DNA from: a virus
Lineage: Duplodnaviria > Caudoviricetes
DNA: 28,654 bases
Virus record (IMG/VR): IMGVR_UViG_3300017754_001603
Coordinates: 1 to 28,654 of that record
Strand: one strand, 5' to 3'
Below the pieces are notes generated by a model that did no database searches, was not told the DNA's origin, and saw only the letters and a list, made by a program, of their open reading frames with translations. Of the stretch, positions 17,143 to 25,767 are shown piece by piece. Positions within the stretch are counted from its first letter, which is position 1, and the number at the start of each line of letters is the position of its first letter. The position numbers and the translations under genes were made by a program.

Positions 17143-18096
17143 ATGTATGGCTATCATGATGACATATCATCTATAGATGAATTCTTTTCTAGAATAAATC
17201 AAGAAGAAGTTTTCAAGCATGTGTTTGGAAACTTTGAAGTTGGGACTTATATAAAGAGTCCATTCAGAAATGATGATAGCCCAGGATGTTGGATACAATG
17301 GTATAAAGGTAAATTATATTTTACTGATTTTGCTAATAGTGGTAAAGCTAACTTAGATGTAATAGGTGTAATACAAGAGTATTATTCATTGACATTTAAA
17401 GATGCTATGACCTATATATTAGAAACTGATTTATATCAGGGTGAATCAGAATTTAAAAAATATAAATCTGAATCCATTGTATCTACTACTTCCAATACAT
17501 TAGAGTTTTGTCCTAAACCATTTGATAATTATCATAAGCAATTCTGGTCACAGTATGAGATAACAAGTTCTCAGTTAATAGAAGATAATATATTTGCTAC
17601 TAAGTGGTATAAAGTAAATGGTAATGTATTTACACCATATCCACAGGAAACAACTTATACTATATCTTTTAAGGAACAAGGTATTAAAATATGCAGACCT
17701 AAAGCTAAGGAATACAAATGGTTAACCAATACTACTAAAAATACTATTGGAGGTACATCAAATCTTCCTTTTATAGGTGATACACTATTCATATCTAAAA
17801 GTTATAAGGATTGGAGAGTATTAACTAATCTTGGTAAAGATGTAATATATTTTCAAAATGAGGGTATGTTTCCTAATATGGAAATACTTAGTACTCATTT
17901 AAATATGTTTACAAATGTTATAGTGTTATTTGATAATGATGAGCCAGGTATAATAGCTTCTAACAAGTTAGTAGAGTATATCAATAGTCATTATAAGGAT
18001 AAAGCTATGAATATTGTATTACCATTTGAGGAAAAAGATCCTGCTGATATCATCAAAGCAGGTAAGAAACAAGAATTAATTAATTTTTTAAAGTAA
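17143..18096 (+). CDS. dnaG: DNA primase (DnaG-like, TOPRIM)
   Basis: SPFRNDDSPG...FTDFA N-terminal domain; LFISKSYKD, VLFDNDEPG, KDPAD. Confidence 0.88.
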   Translation: MYGYHDDISSIDEFFSRINQEEVFKHVFGNFEVGTYIKSPFRNDDSPGCWIQWYKGKLYFTDFANSGKANLDVIGVIQEYYSLTFKDAMTYILETDLYQGESEFKKYKSESIVSTTSNTLEFCPKPFDNYHKQFWSQYEITSSQLIEDNIFATKWYKVNGNVFTPYPQETTYTISFKEQGIKICRPKAKEYKWLTNTTKNTIGGTSNLPFIGDTLFISKSYKDWRVLTNLGKDVIYFQNEGMFPNMEILSTHLNMFTNVIVLFDNDEPGIIASNKLVEYINSHYKDKAMNIVLPFEEKDPADIIKAGKKQELINFLK

Positions 18097-18102
18097 ACAA
18101 AC

Positions 18103-18729
18103 ATGAGAACAGTAAAAGTATATAGCACAAGCACAGGTTTATTTCAATTAGAAAGTGCAGCTACAACATGGGAAGAATTACAAGCAGATTTATTATCTAA
18201 TGATATCCCATATCAAGGTATGAAAGTAGTAGAAAGCAGAAACAATACATCTTTAGAAAGAGGTGATGCTGTTTTACCTACAGGATCTTTTGTATTAATG
18301 TTATCTCCAGAGAAAACTAAATCTGGTGGATATAGAGAAACAAGAGAACTTATTCAGTCTATCATTGCTAATTATGGTGATGCTGCTAAAAATCATTTTA
18401 ATCAAGGCAGAAACTATACTCTAAAGTCTGCATCTGAATTAGATTCATTATTGAGTAGTTGGTGGGAGATAGAAGATAATATGGAGAGTGATGATGATTT
18501 TGATACATATGATGCAGATGTAGATAAAATAGAGAAAGCAGTAGAATTAATCAGATCTACTTCATTTTATGATGAAAGAGAAGCTGATTTTGAAATTGCT
18601 ATTGACTTGATTTATGGCAACAAGACTTTAAATAGTCTTAGATCTGAAATCTGTAGAAATGTAATAAGTGTATCTTCATTGTCTAGTGAGGAGCAAGAAT
18701 GGTTGAGAAAGATGTCACAAGGATTGTAA
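18103..18729 (+). CDS. Ubiquitin-like (beta-grasp) protein precursor with a C-terminal extension after KSGG
   Basis: Residues 1-76 show a strand-strand-helix-strand pattern (VKVYS, FQLES, TWEELQADL, MKVVE, FVLML) ending KTKSG75G76; sits next to E2, JAB and E1 genes. Confidence 0.7.
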   Translation: MRTVKVYSTSTGLFQLESAATTWEELQADLLSNDIPYQGMKVVESRNNTSLERGDAVLPTGSFVLMLSPEKTKSGGYRETRELIQSIIANYGDAAKNHFNQGRNYTLKSASELDSLLSSWWEIEDNMESDDDFDTYDADVDKIEKAVELIRSTSFYDEREADFEIAIDLIYGNKTLNSLRSEICRNVISVSSLSSEEQEWLRKMSQGL

Positions 18730-18750
18730 TTAAATAGTTTTATTCATTTT

Positions 18751-18784
18751 AAGTCTGGTAGGGGAAACTCTATCAGACTTTTTT
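18751..18784 (+). terminator. Intrinsic terminator between Ubl and E2 genes
   Basis: AAGTCTGGTAGGG-GAAA-CTCTATCAGACTT-TTTT. Confidence 0.8.
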
Positions 18785-18798
18785 AATCACTAAGAACT

Positions 18799-20085
18799 AT
18801 GTTAACAACTGATGAACTATTCAGAATGTATATCAATAATAAAATTTCTGAAGAAAAATTACACAATATTATCTACACTAAATTTCTAAATAAAGACTTA
18901 TCAAATGATTATTATTTCTTAGAAAATATTGTAGAAGTATTAAATACAATGGAAATTGAATATGAGTATTCTTTAAAATATTTTATATCACATGTATATG
19001 GTAAAGATATATTTGAGTATTTAATGATAAATGCTGGAGTAATAGAAGATTGTAAAATCTTTTCTACAAGAAATGATTTTAATCCAGTAACAGAACATAC
19101 TCACTTTTCATTTAACTATATTAAAATAACTTCATATTTACAAGTAACTCTTTATTTTCCCAAGTTTACCATTAAAAATCAAATGAATAAAAGTAAAATC
19201 ATCAAAGATTTCTTTGTAAAATTTTATATAGATAAAGATGGTAAAATACTCAATTCTAGTTTTGAAGCTTCTAGATCTACTTACACTAACAATGAATTAG
19301 TAGCAGGTTATAGACATTCTCATTTACCTAGAGTTTTTGGTGATAAAAATAATCCTGTATGGTTAAATTTTCAAACTATGTGTTTAGGTTATAATAATCA
19401 AATACATGTATCTATGGCATTACTTGAAGATGCTGTTAAAAAGAAAGAAAATATATCTGATTTCTTTGAATTGTTTGTCAGAAATATAGTATCTGTAATT
19501 GAGTATGAATCTATTGAAGGTACACCATATATAAGAATGTCAGCAATAGATGATGTAGCAAATAAAGTTAAAGCTAAAGAAACTCCTTTTGAGATTAAAA
19601 GATCTGCTTCTAAGTATATAAGATACTATATTAATAATAATGTTCATCACAGTTTGTATGACTATTTAGATGTTTATTATAGTAATAATAATGAACCTAT
19701 TTACTCACTTCCTACAAATGATGACATAGATTATATACTATTTGATAAAGTATTAGATTTTCATTTAGATATATTAGAAGCTGATGTTAAACAATTTGTC
19801 AAAATAGAAGTAGATGGTAGAATTTTAAATGTAGATGAGATAGAAATTAAATCTGATGTAGAAAAAAATTCTAATTATCTAAAGTTCAATGGTAAAAAAT
19901 ATTTTCTAACTATTGATGATACAATAAAGCTTGAAAAAGATAATTATAAGTATGTATTATCAAAAACCTTTAAAAATTATGTTAGACAACAAATTAAAAC
20001 AAACCACATCAAAAGAATTGTCAAGCTTCAAGAAGATGCTACCATTTCTAGACTTGAGTCAGATAGTGACAGTTATCCTTTCTGA
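18799..20085 (+). CDS. Prokaryotic E2/UBC-like conjugating enzyme (multi-domain)
   Basis: GYRH173SH175LP...FQTMC195LG resembles the HPH/HPN...CLG core of bacterial E2 families; operon context. Confidence 0.62.
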   Translation: MLTTDELFRMYINNKISEEKLHNIIYTKFLNKDLSNDYYFLENIVEVLNTMEIEYEYSLKYFISHVYGKDIFEYLMINAGVIEDCKIFSTRNDFNPVTEHTHFSFNYIKITSYLQVTLYFPKFTIKNQMNKSKIIKDFFVKFYIDKDGKILNSSFEASRSTYTNNELVAGYRHSHLPRVFGDKNNPVWLNFQTMCLGYNNQIHVSMALLEDAVKKKENISDFFELFVRNIVSVIEYESIEGTPYIRMSAIDDVANKVKAKETPFEIKRSASKYIRYYINNNVHHSLYDYLDVYYSNNNEPIYSLPTNDDIDYILFDKVLDFHLDILEADVKQFVKIEVDGRILNVDEIEIKSDVEKNSNYLKFNGKKYFLTIDDTIKLEKDNYKYVLSKTFKNYVRQQIKTNHIKRIVKLQEDATISRLESDSDSYPF

Positions 20086-21100
20086 TAAAGTATGGCATAA
20101 AATTCAATTCTTATGTAAGAATATTAGTACTGTAGAATGGTCAGGTTGTATTATATATGATATTAAAGGTAGATTAGATCAACCTGAGAAATTAGATATA
20201 AAAGTATTAGATTTAATTCCATTAGACAAGGGTACAACAGGATTTACTTCATATCATTTTGATGAAAGAGTATTGAATTTTATAGTTGAAAATGATTATT
20301 TAGAATATAAAATAGGTCATATTCATAGTCATCACAATATGAAAACATTCTTTTCAGGAACTGATTTGGAGGAAGTAAATGAAAACTCTGAGCATATTAA
20401 ACCATATCTAAGTATTATAGTAAATAATGCTAATGAGTTTTCTGCTAAGTTGGCATTTAGAATGAAAAGATTATCATCTACTGCTTATCAATATCAAGAT
20501 GTTGACAATAAAACAATGACTTTAGAGTTACCACAAGAAGATGAATATGTGGCTAATTATAACTGTAAAGTTATAATTCCAAATCCATTGTATAATGTTG
20601 ATGTTAAATTTTTAGATCAATTTAATGAAATCAATAAACCTAAAGCAATTGTTAAATCACTTCCTAAGATAAATCCTAAAGAAATTCCATTCTTTGGTGA
20701 AGAAAGCTGGAAAGCAAATAGTAAACTAGATAAACAATTAGAATTTCTATTTGATGATGAATCTATGTTTTCTGATGATTTAAAACAACAAGAAAAATTA
20801 TTCACTACACTTTTAAGATTAGGTGTAGAAATAGAAAATGATTCTTTTGAACAAGCATTAGAAGATATTGAGAATTGTATTGTATCTGATCCTGAATTTA
20901 CTTTAGAGCAATATGCTTATTCATTAAATAAGAATTTTGATAGGATAACTACTGAAATCTTAAAGTTAAAGCCTAAAGCTAAAGATTACAAGGAGCAATT
21001 AGAATACTATAAAGAAACATTTCTTGAGGAATTACACTATAGTCAATATGATTATAGGTTTATATTTTATTTAGTAGAATTGTTAGAACAACAAAATTAA
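19979..21100 (+). CDS. JAB/JAMM (MPN+) metallo-isopeptidase (start ATG 19979 or 20036)
   Basis: EWSG...IGHIHSHHNMKTFFSGTD is an exact E...H-x-H-x7-S-x2-D motif. Confidence 0.9.
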   Translation: MLDNKLKQTTSKELSSFKKMLPFLDLSQIVTVILSDKVWHKIQFLCKNISTVEWSGCIIYDIKGRLDQPEKLDIKVLDLIPLDKGTTGFTSYHFDERVLNFIVENDYLEYKIGHIHSHHNMKTFFSGTDLEEVNENSEHIKPYLSIIVNNANEFSAKLAFRMKRLSSTAYQYQDVDNKTMTLELPQEDEYVANYNCKVIIPNPLYNVDVKFLDQFNEINKPKAIVKSLPKINPKEIPFFGEESWKANSKLDKQLEFLFDDESMFSDDLKQQEKLFTTLLRLGVEIENDSFEQALEDIENCIVSDPEFTLEQYAYSLNKNFDRITTEILKLKPKAKDYKEQLEYYKETFLEELHYSQYDYRFIFYLVELLEQQN

Positions 21101-21106
21101 AATATT

Positions 21107-21814
21107 ATGAACAGAAATAGATTTAAGGATGCAATATGGTATGGGAAATATGTTAGAGTAAATATTGGTGGTGCTGGTGGCATTGGCAGTTGGTTAGCAT
21201 TTTTCTTAGCTAAAGCAGGATTTGAAATAACACAATATGATTTTGATACAGTAGAAGAACATAATCTTGGTGGTCAATTATTTTTTGCTGATTCTATAGG
21301 TGAATTAAAGACTGTTGCAGTAGAAAATCTATTATCTGAATTTGTAAGAACTGGATATAGATATAATGGTCGCATTTCTAAAATTGAACCTAATACTACA
21401 TTAAAAACATACATGCATAATGGTATGCCTATCTATGTATCTGCATTTGATAATATGGAAGCTAGAAAAGTTATGTTTAATAAGTTTTTAGAAGATTCAG
21501 ATCAAAATGCATTATTTGTAGATGGTAGATTATTGATGGAGCAAATGAGAATTTATGTAATTAAGAAAAATCAATCTGATAGAATCTTAAATTATATAGA
21601 TAAACATTTGTTTGATGATTCTGAAGTAGAAGAAGCACCATGTACTATGAAACAAGTAAGTCATAGTGCAGCTATGATTGCATCTCATATGACAGCATTT
21701 ATTACAAATTCTGTAGCTAATCATTTTGTATGGAAAGATAATGTATTTAAAGTTCCATACATATGGGATTATGTTATTCCAACTAATTGTGTAACTGAAA
21801 CTTATGATTTATGA
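21107..21814 (+). CDS. ThiF/E1-like ubiquitin-like-protein activating enzyme
   Basis: GAGGIGS, DFDTVEEHNLGGQ, K, SAFDNMEAR, DGR, and EAPCT (candidate catalytic Cys); no CxxC zinc site. Confidence 0.9.
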   Translation: MNRNRFKDAIWYGKYVRVNIGGAGGIGSWLAFFLAKAGFEITQYDFDTVEEHNLGGQLFFADSIGELKTVAVENLLSEFVRTGYRYNGRISKIEPNTTLKTYMHNGMPIYVSAFDNMEARKVMFNKFLEDSDQNALFVDGRLLMEQMRIYVIKKNQSDRILNYIDKHLFDDSEVEEAPCTMKQVSHSAAMIASHMTAFITNSVANHFVWKDNVFKVPYIWDYVIPTNCVTETYDL

Positions 21815-22278
21815 ATCCAATAACATTTCCTTATCATAGTGTGTTTATAAAATTATATACTCGTAGCCAAAATGTAAGAACAGATTTTACTTTACCAATA
21901 TTTAAAAATCATTATCCATTATTAAATATTAATAATAATTTTACATATTTAAGAAGTGGTGTAGTAAAAACTGCTAATAAAATTTATGAATATTGGTTAC
22001 ATGGAGATAGTTTGATTTACATAGAATCTGAAAATATACTTGTTGGTAAAGGTATAGTTTTAGATGCAGAAACATTAGATATATTAATAGTAACAGTAGT
22101 TCCTAAAAAATATATTAGTGTAGCATATACTAATAAAGGTTATTTAGATCGTTGTTTAGAAATTTATGTTAGTCAAGATTTTGTAGGTTCAAAAGCATTT
22201 AATAAATTACATCCGTTTACTAAAAACATTAAATTAATTGCTTTACCTAACAAAGAATTGAAGAAACTTTATGGCTAA
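21811..22278 (+). CDS. Hypothetical protein coupled to the E1 gene
   Basis: ATGA overlap with the E1 stop. Confidence 0.7.
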   Translation: MNPITFPYHSVFIKLYTRSQNVRTDFTLPIFKNHYPLLNINNNFTYLRSGVVKTANKIYEYWLHGDSLIYIESENILVGKGIVLDAETLDILIVTVVPKKYISVAYTNKGYLDRCLEIYVSQDFVGSKAFNKLHPFTKNIKLIALPNKELKKLYG

Positions 22279-22642
22279 CACTAACAGAACTAAAGGGCAT
22301 AATGCTGAAAGGCTATATGCCCTTAAATTTAAAGAATTATTTGAAGATTGTCAAACTAGTAGATATGCATCAAGAATGTTAGATGATGCAGGAGTTGACT
22401 TAGCAAATATTCCTTTATTAGTTCAGATTAAAGCAGGATTGCAAAAAGGATTAAAGGCTGAAGAAGTCCTAAAAAACATTGAAACTAAACTTCCTAAACT
22501 CTCTAAACAACTTCCTAAAGTATTAATACATCATAAACAAGGAACAGCAGGTAAAAAGAGAGATGAATATAGTTCAATGGTAACTATGACTTTTGAAGAT
22601 TTTTTTACATTATTAAAATTAGCATATGGTAATAAGGAGTAA
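22271..22642 (+). CDS. PD-(D/E)xK Holliday-junction-resolvase-like nuclease
   Basis: NRTKGHNAER...DDAGVDL...VQIK. Confidence 0.75.
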   Translation: MANTNRTKGHNAERLYALKFKELFEDCQTSRYASRMLDDAGVDLANIPLLVQIKAGLQKGLKAEEVLKNIETKLPKLSKQLPKVLIHHKQGTAGKKRDEYSSMVTMTFEDFFTLLKLAYGNKE

Positions 22643-23687
22643 TAAAAAAGCAATACAAGAATATATAGAATCTTCAGCATTAAATCAGAGTAAATTAAAA
22701 CTTTTAAGTATAAGTGCACAAGCATTTCAAGAAGTTAGAGAACCTGATTTATTCTTTGAAGAGAAAGAACATTTCTTGATTGGTAAAGCAGTAGATGATG
22801 TTATTACAATGGGAGAAGATTATTGGAATGATAACTATTACATTAGTAATATTACTAAACCAAGTGATACTATTATGTCAATAATCCAACAAGTATTTCA
22901 AAGTAGAACATCAGATAGTTTATTTGAAAATGATTTACTTTCAGCTATTGAAGCTCATAACTATCAACCTAATTGGAAAATAGATACTAAGATTGCAAAA
23001 GTTTCTACAGAAGGTGAAGTATATTGGCATGAACTAGTACAAAGTGAAGGTAAAACTATACTAGATAAGGATCAATATATGAAATGTGTATCTATAGTTA
23101 ATCAGTTACAAGAGCATAGATTTACTAGAGATTATTTTATTGCTGATGCTAAGTATAATCATGATATTCATTATCAAGTACCAATTCATTTTTATGTAGA
23201 TGAGGTAGAGTGTAAAGCATTATTGGATATGGTTATTGTAGATCATATGTATAAAACTATAATTCCAATAGATATTAAAACTATGGGAGATTATACTAAG
23301 TTTTTTGATTATCAAGCTTTAAGAAGAAGATATGATATCCAAGCATCATGGTATATGAAAGCATTGCAACAATGGAAAGAAGATAACAATATGCAAGATT
23401 ATGCTATCCATGAGTTTAGATTTATTGTTGCATCTACTACTAAGCAATGTGATCCACTAATTTATTTATGTTCTCAAGAGTTTATCAATGCAGGTGAATT
23501 TGGTTCAAGTAGATTAAGAGCAATTAAGGTTTCTAATACTACTTATGAGTCAGAATTATACTCTTATGGTTGGAGAAAACTCTTATATATTTATAAGTGG
23601 CATCAAGAAAATGGATGGGATAAAGATTATGAAATAGAGATGAATAATGGTATATTTACTATTGGTTCAGATTATCAAAAATACTAG
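22626..23687 (+). CDS. PD-(D/E)xK exonuclease (RecE/ExoVIII/DUF3799-like)
   Basis: LNQSKLK, IGKAVD, CKALLD, IDIKT, YDIQASWY. Confidence 0.8.
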   Translation: MVIRSNKKAIQEYIESSALNQSKLKLLSISAQAFQEVREPDLFFEEKEHFLIGKAVDDVITMGEDYWNDNYYISNITKPSDTIMSIIQQVFQSRTSDSLFENDLLSAIEAHNYQPNWKIDTKIAKVSTEGEVYWHELVQSEGKTILDKDQYMKCVSIVNQLQEHRFTRDYFIADAKYNHDIHYQVPIHFYVDEVECKALLDMVIVDHMYKTIIPIDIKTMGDYTKFFDYQALRRRYDIQASWYMKALQQWKEDNNMQDYAIHEFRFIVASTTKQCDPLIYLCSQEFINAGEFGSSRLRAIKVSNTTYESELYSYGWRKLLYIYKWHQENGWDKDYEIEMNNGIFTIGSDYQKY

Positions 23688-23689
23688 TT

Positions 23690-24259
23690 ATGGAGGGTAT
23701 AAAAATTCAGTTAGGCAAAGTAACCATGAATAAGACTGCTAGATTTATCAAGCCATGTCTTAGATGTTATGGTGAAGATTTTGTCAAGAAATTGTCTAGT
23801 GTATTTAAGTTAGCATATGGTATTGGAGATATGATTATTGATGAAAAGATAGAACATCAAATCTTTATTCTTGTTGATACTGAGAAATGCACTAAACAGT
23901 TTATAGAAGTTATAAGTTGGTTAAGAGAACAAGACTATTATGAAAATGATTATGCAGTAGATCACCTAATACATGGTAGACTACACATGTTAGTTGTTAA
24001 ACTTCCAGATAACATAATAGATCTTGATTTGTTCTTATCAGGTAAATACAGTAAAATGTATTTAGATAAAGAAATAATAGATTCATTAAGTGATGATGAT
24101 AAAGCAATTGTGATAAAAGATAATAACTATAGAGTTAAATTTGTAAAGAAAGTAAATGAATATTTTGAAACCAATTTGAAACTAGAAGAGTTACACGAAG
24201 AAGCTGAATTAGAATTACCACCCAATATTGATGAGAAAGAAATTTTTACATACATTTAA
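23690..24259 (+). CDS. Hypothetical phage protein
   Basis: 189-aa ORF with FLSGKYSKMY motif. Confidence 0.75.
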   Translation: MEGIKIQLGKVTMNKTARFIKPCLRCYGEDFVKKLSSVFKLAYGIGDMIIDEKIEHQIFILVDTEKCTKQFIEVISWLREQDYYENDYAVDHLIHGRLHMLVVKLPDNIIDLDLFLSGKYSKMYLDKEIIDSLSDDDKAIVIKDNNYRVKFVKKVNEYFETNLKLEELHEEAELELPPNIDEKEIFTYI

Positions 24260-24264
24260 TCATT

Positions 24265-24284
24265 AAGGGGCAGAAATGCCCCTT
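24265..24284 (+). terminator. Intrinsic terminator
   Basis: AAGGGGCA-GAAA-TGCCCCTT then TACTTT. Confidence 0.75.
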
Positions 24285-24303
24285 TACTTTAAAACTTAAA
24301 ACT

Positions 24304-24561
24304 ATGATGAAGCTAATTAGAATTGAAAATGATTACATTTTGATTGAAGGTGAGTTTGAAAAAGTAGATGATACTCAAGAAGTAACAACATTTACAGCAC
24401 CATTGTTAGGAGCTACTATGAAAATTGATGGAGCTGAAAAACTACTGTTAATTGATTTTGATAACATAGATCCATTTATACTTAGTGATGAAAATAGTAA
24501 TGACTGGGAAGTAGAATTAGATCATGATTTTCGAATTTATTTAAAAACACAAACTATTTAA
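24304..24561 (+). CDS. Acidic hypothetical protein
   Basis: ORF track. Confidence 0.7.
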   Translation: MMKLIRIENDYILIEGEFEKVDDTQEVTTFTAPLLGATMKIDGAEKLLLIDFDNIDPFILSDENSNDWEVELDHDFRIYLKTQTI

Positions 24562-24563
24562 AC

Positions 24564-25277
24564 ATGAACAACACACTTAAACTTATAGGACTAGCTGCTT
24601 TTGCAGCTTTTATTTTGTATCAAAATTACCTATATAAAAATGAACAACAGCAAAAAGAAATGTCCATATTGTATATTCCTAAATATCATGGACCTAAAGC
24701 TGATACTACAAAGTTAATGTATGACATTAATGAGTATGAAGATGAAGATTTTAATGCAGCTAATCCTGCTACAGCAGTAGGTAATGCTTTTACTAAAGAG
24801 CAAAAAGCAAAGTTAGCAAAGAAATCTAATCTTAGTAAAGAAGAATTAGTAAATGCTTACGTTAAGCGTTACTATAATACAGCAGTTGAAGAAATGAAAC
24901 TTTATAATATTCCAGCATCTATTACACTTGCTCAAGGTATTATTGAATCTAATGCAGGTCAATCTAAACTTGCAAGAAAAGAAAATAATCATTTTGGAAT
25001 TAAGTGTAAAGCAAACTCAAAACATAAATGTGCTAATTATGCTGATGATGATCCTGATGATATGTTTAGAGTATTTGACTCTGCATGGGAATCTTATAGA
25101 GAACATTCTAAATTACTTGTAAGTAGTAGATATAATCATCTTACTAAATTAAAAAAGTCTAACTATAAAGGTTGGGCAAGAGGATTAAAGAAAGCAGGTT
25201 ATGCTACTAATCCTAATTATGATAAGCTAATTATAGCTATTGTTGAACGATATAAATTATATAAATATGATAGATAA
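24564..25277 (+). CDS. GH73 glucosaminidase (FlgJ-like) with N-terminal membrane anchor or signal
   Basis: IPASITLAQGIIES, NNHFGIK, FRVFDS, GYATNPNY; N-terminal LIGLAAFAAFILY. Confidence 0.9.
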   Translation: MNNTLKLIGLAAFAAFILYQNYLYKNEQQQKEMSILYIPKYHGPKADTTKLMYDINEYEDEDFNAANPATAVGNAFTKEQKAKLAKKSNLSKEELVNAYVKRYYNTAVEEMKLYNIPASITLAQGIIESNAGQSKLARKENNHFGIKCKANSKHKCANYADDDPDDMFRVFDSAWESYREHSKLLVSSRYNHLTKLKKSNYKGWARGLKKAGYATNPNYDKLIIAIVERYKLYKYDR

Positions 25278-25506
25278 TAAAGAAGCAGTAGAAAAATATG
25301 CTAAAGAACTTTGTAAGGATATGTTACTTGCAATAGAATGGAATAAAGTTGATTTAGTACAAGAAAAAAGAAGTGCTAAAAACTGTGCTATTGTAGCAAT
25401 AATGAAAATTATAACTGCTACTACTGATTTTGATAATCCTACTGGAATAATACAAAATCAATTTTATATTGATGTGTTACATTTCTTAGAAAACTATGAG
25501 ATATGA
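25240..25506 (+). CDS. Hypothetical protein (start probably ATG 25267)
   Basis: ORF track; in operon. Confidence 0.65.
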   Translation: MLNDINYINMIDNKEAVEKYAKELCKDMLLAIEWNKVDLVQEKRSAKNCAIVAIMKIITATTDFDNPTGIIQNQFYIDVLHFLENYEI

Positions 25507-25703
25507 TTAGCATATTTGAACCACAAAATAGAATAGAGGTTACAACTCCTAAAGGTAAAGGGTTTATATGGTTAGTTACTGAGTATGGTACTGAAACATC
25601 TAAACTCTTTACTGTTATTCAAGATAATGGTGAAATATGGGAATGGCAAAACAAGGATATAAAAGTATTAAATAACATTTCATTTAATAGAATTAATGTC
25701 TGA
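25503..25703 (+). CDS. Small beta-rich hypothetical protein
   Basis: ATGA overlap with the upstream stop. Confidence 0.7.
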   Translation: MISIFEPQNRIEVTTPKGKGFIWLVTEYGTETSKLFTVIQDNGEIWEWQNKDIKVLNNISFNRINV

Positions 25704-25767
25704 TATTATATGCATTTTAATATAATTTGTATATAATATCAAACATTTATATCTAAACACATATAAC

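Noticed and set aside
19979-21814. ThiF plus JAB as thiamine/molybdopterin sulfur relay or CBASS Cap2/Cap3
   Set aside because: No thiG, moaE, rhodanese or CD-NTase gene in the window; the adjacent E2-like and Ubl genes fit conjugation better, though genes outside the window cannot be excluded.
11656-25122. Track ORFs 11656-11841, 15411-15608, 20617-20805, 22531-22725 and 24928-25122
   Set aside because: Antisense or out-of-frame within well-supported genes.
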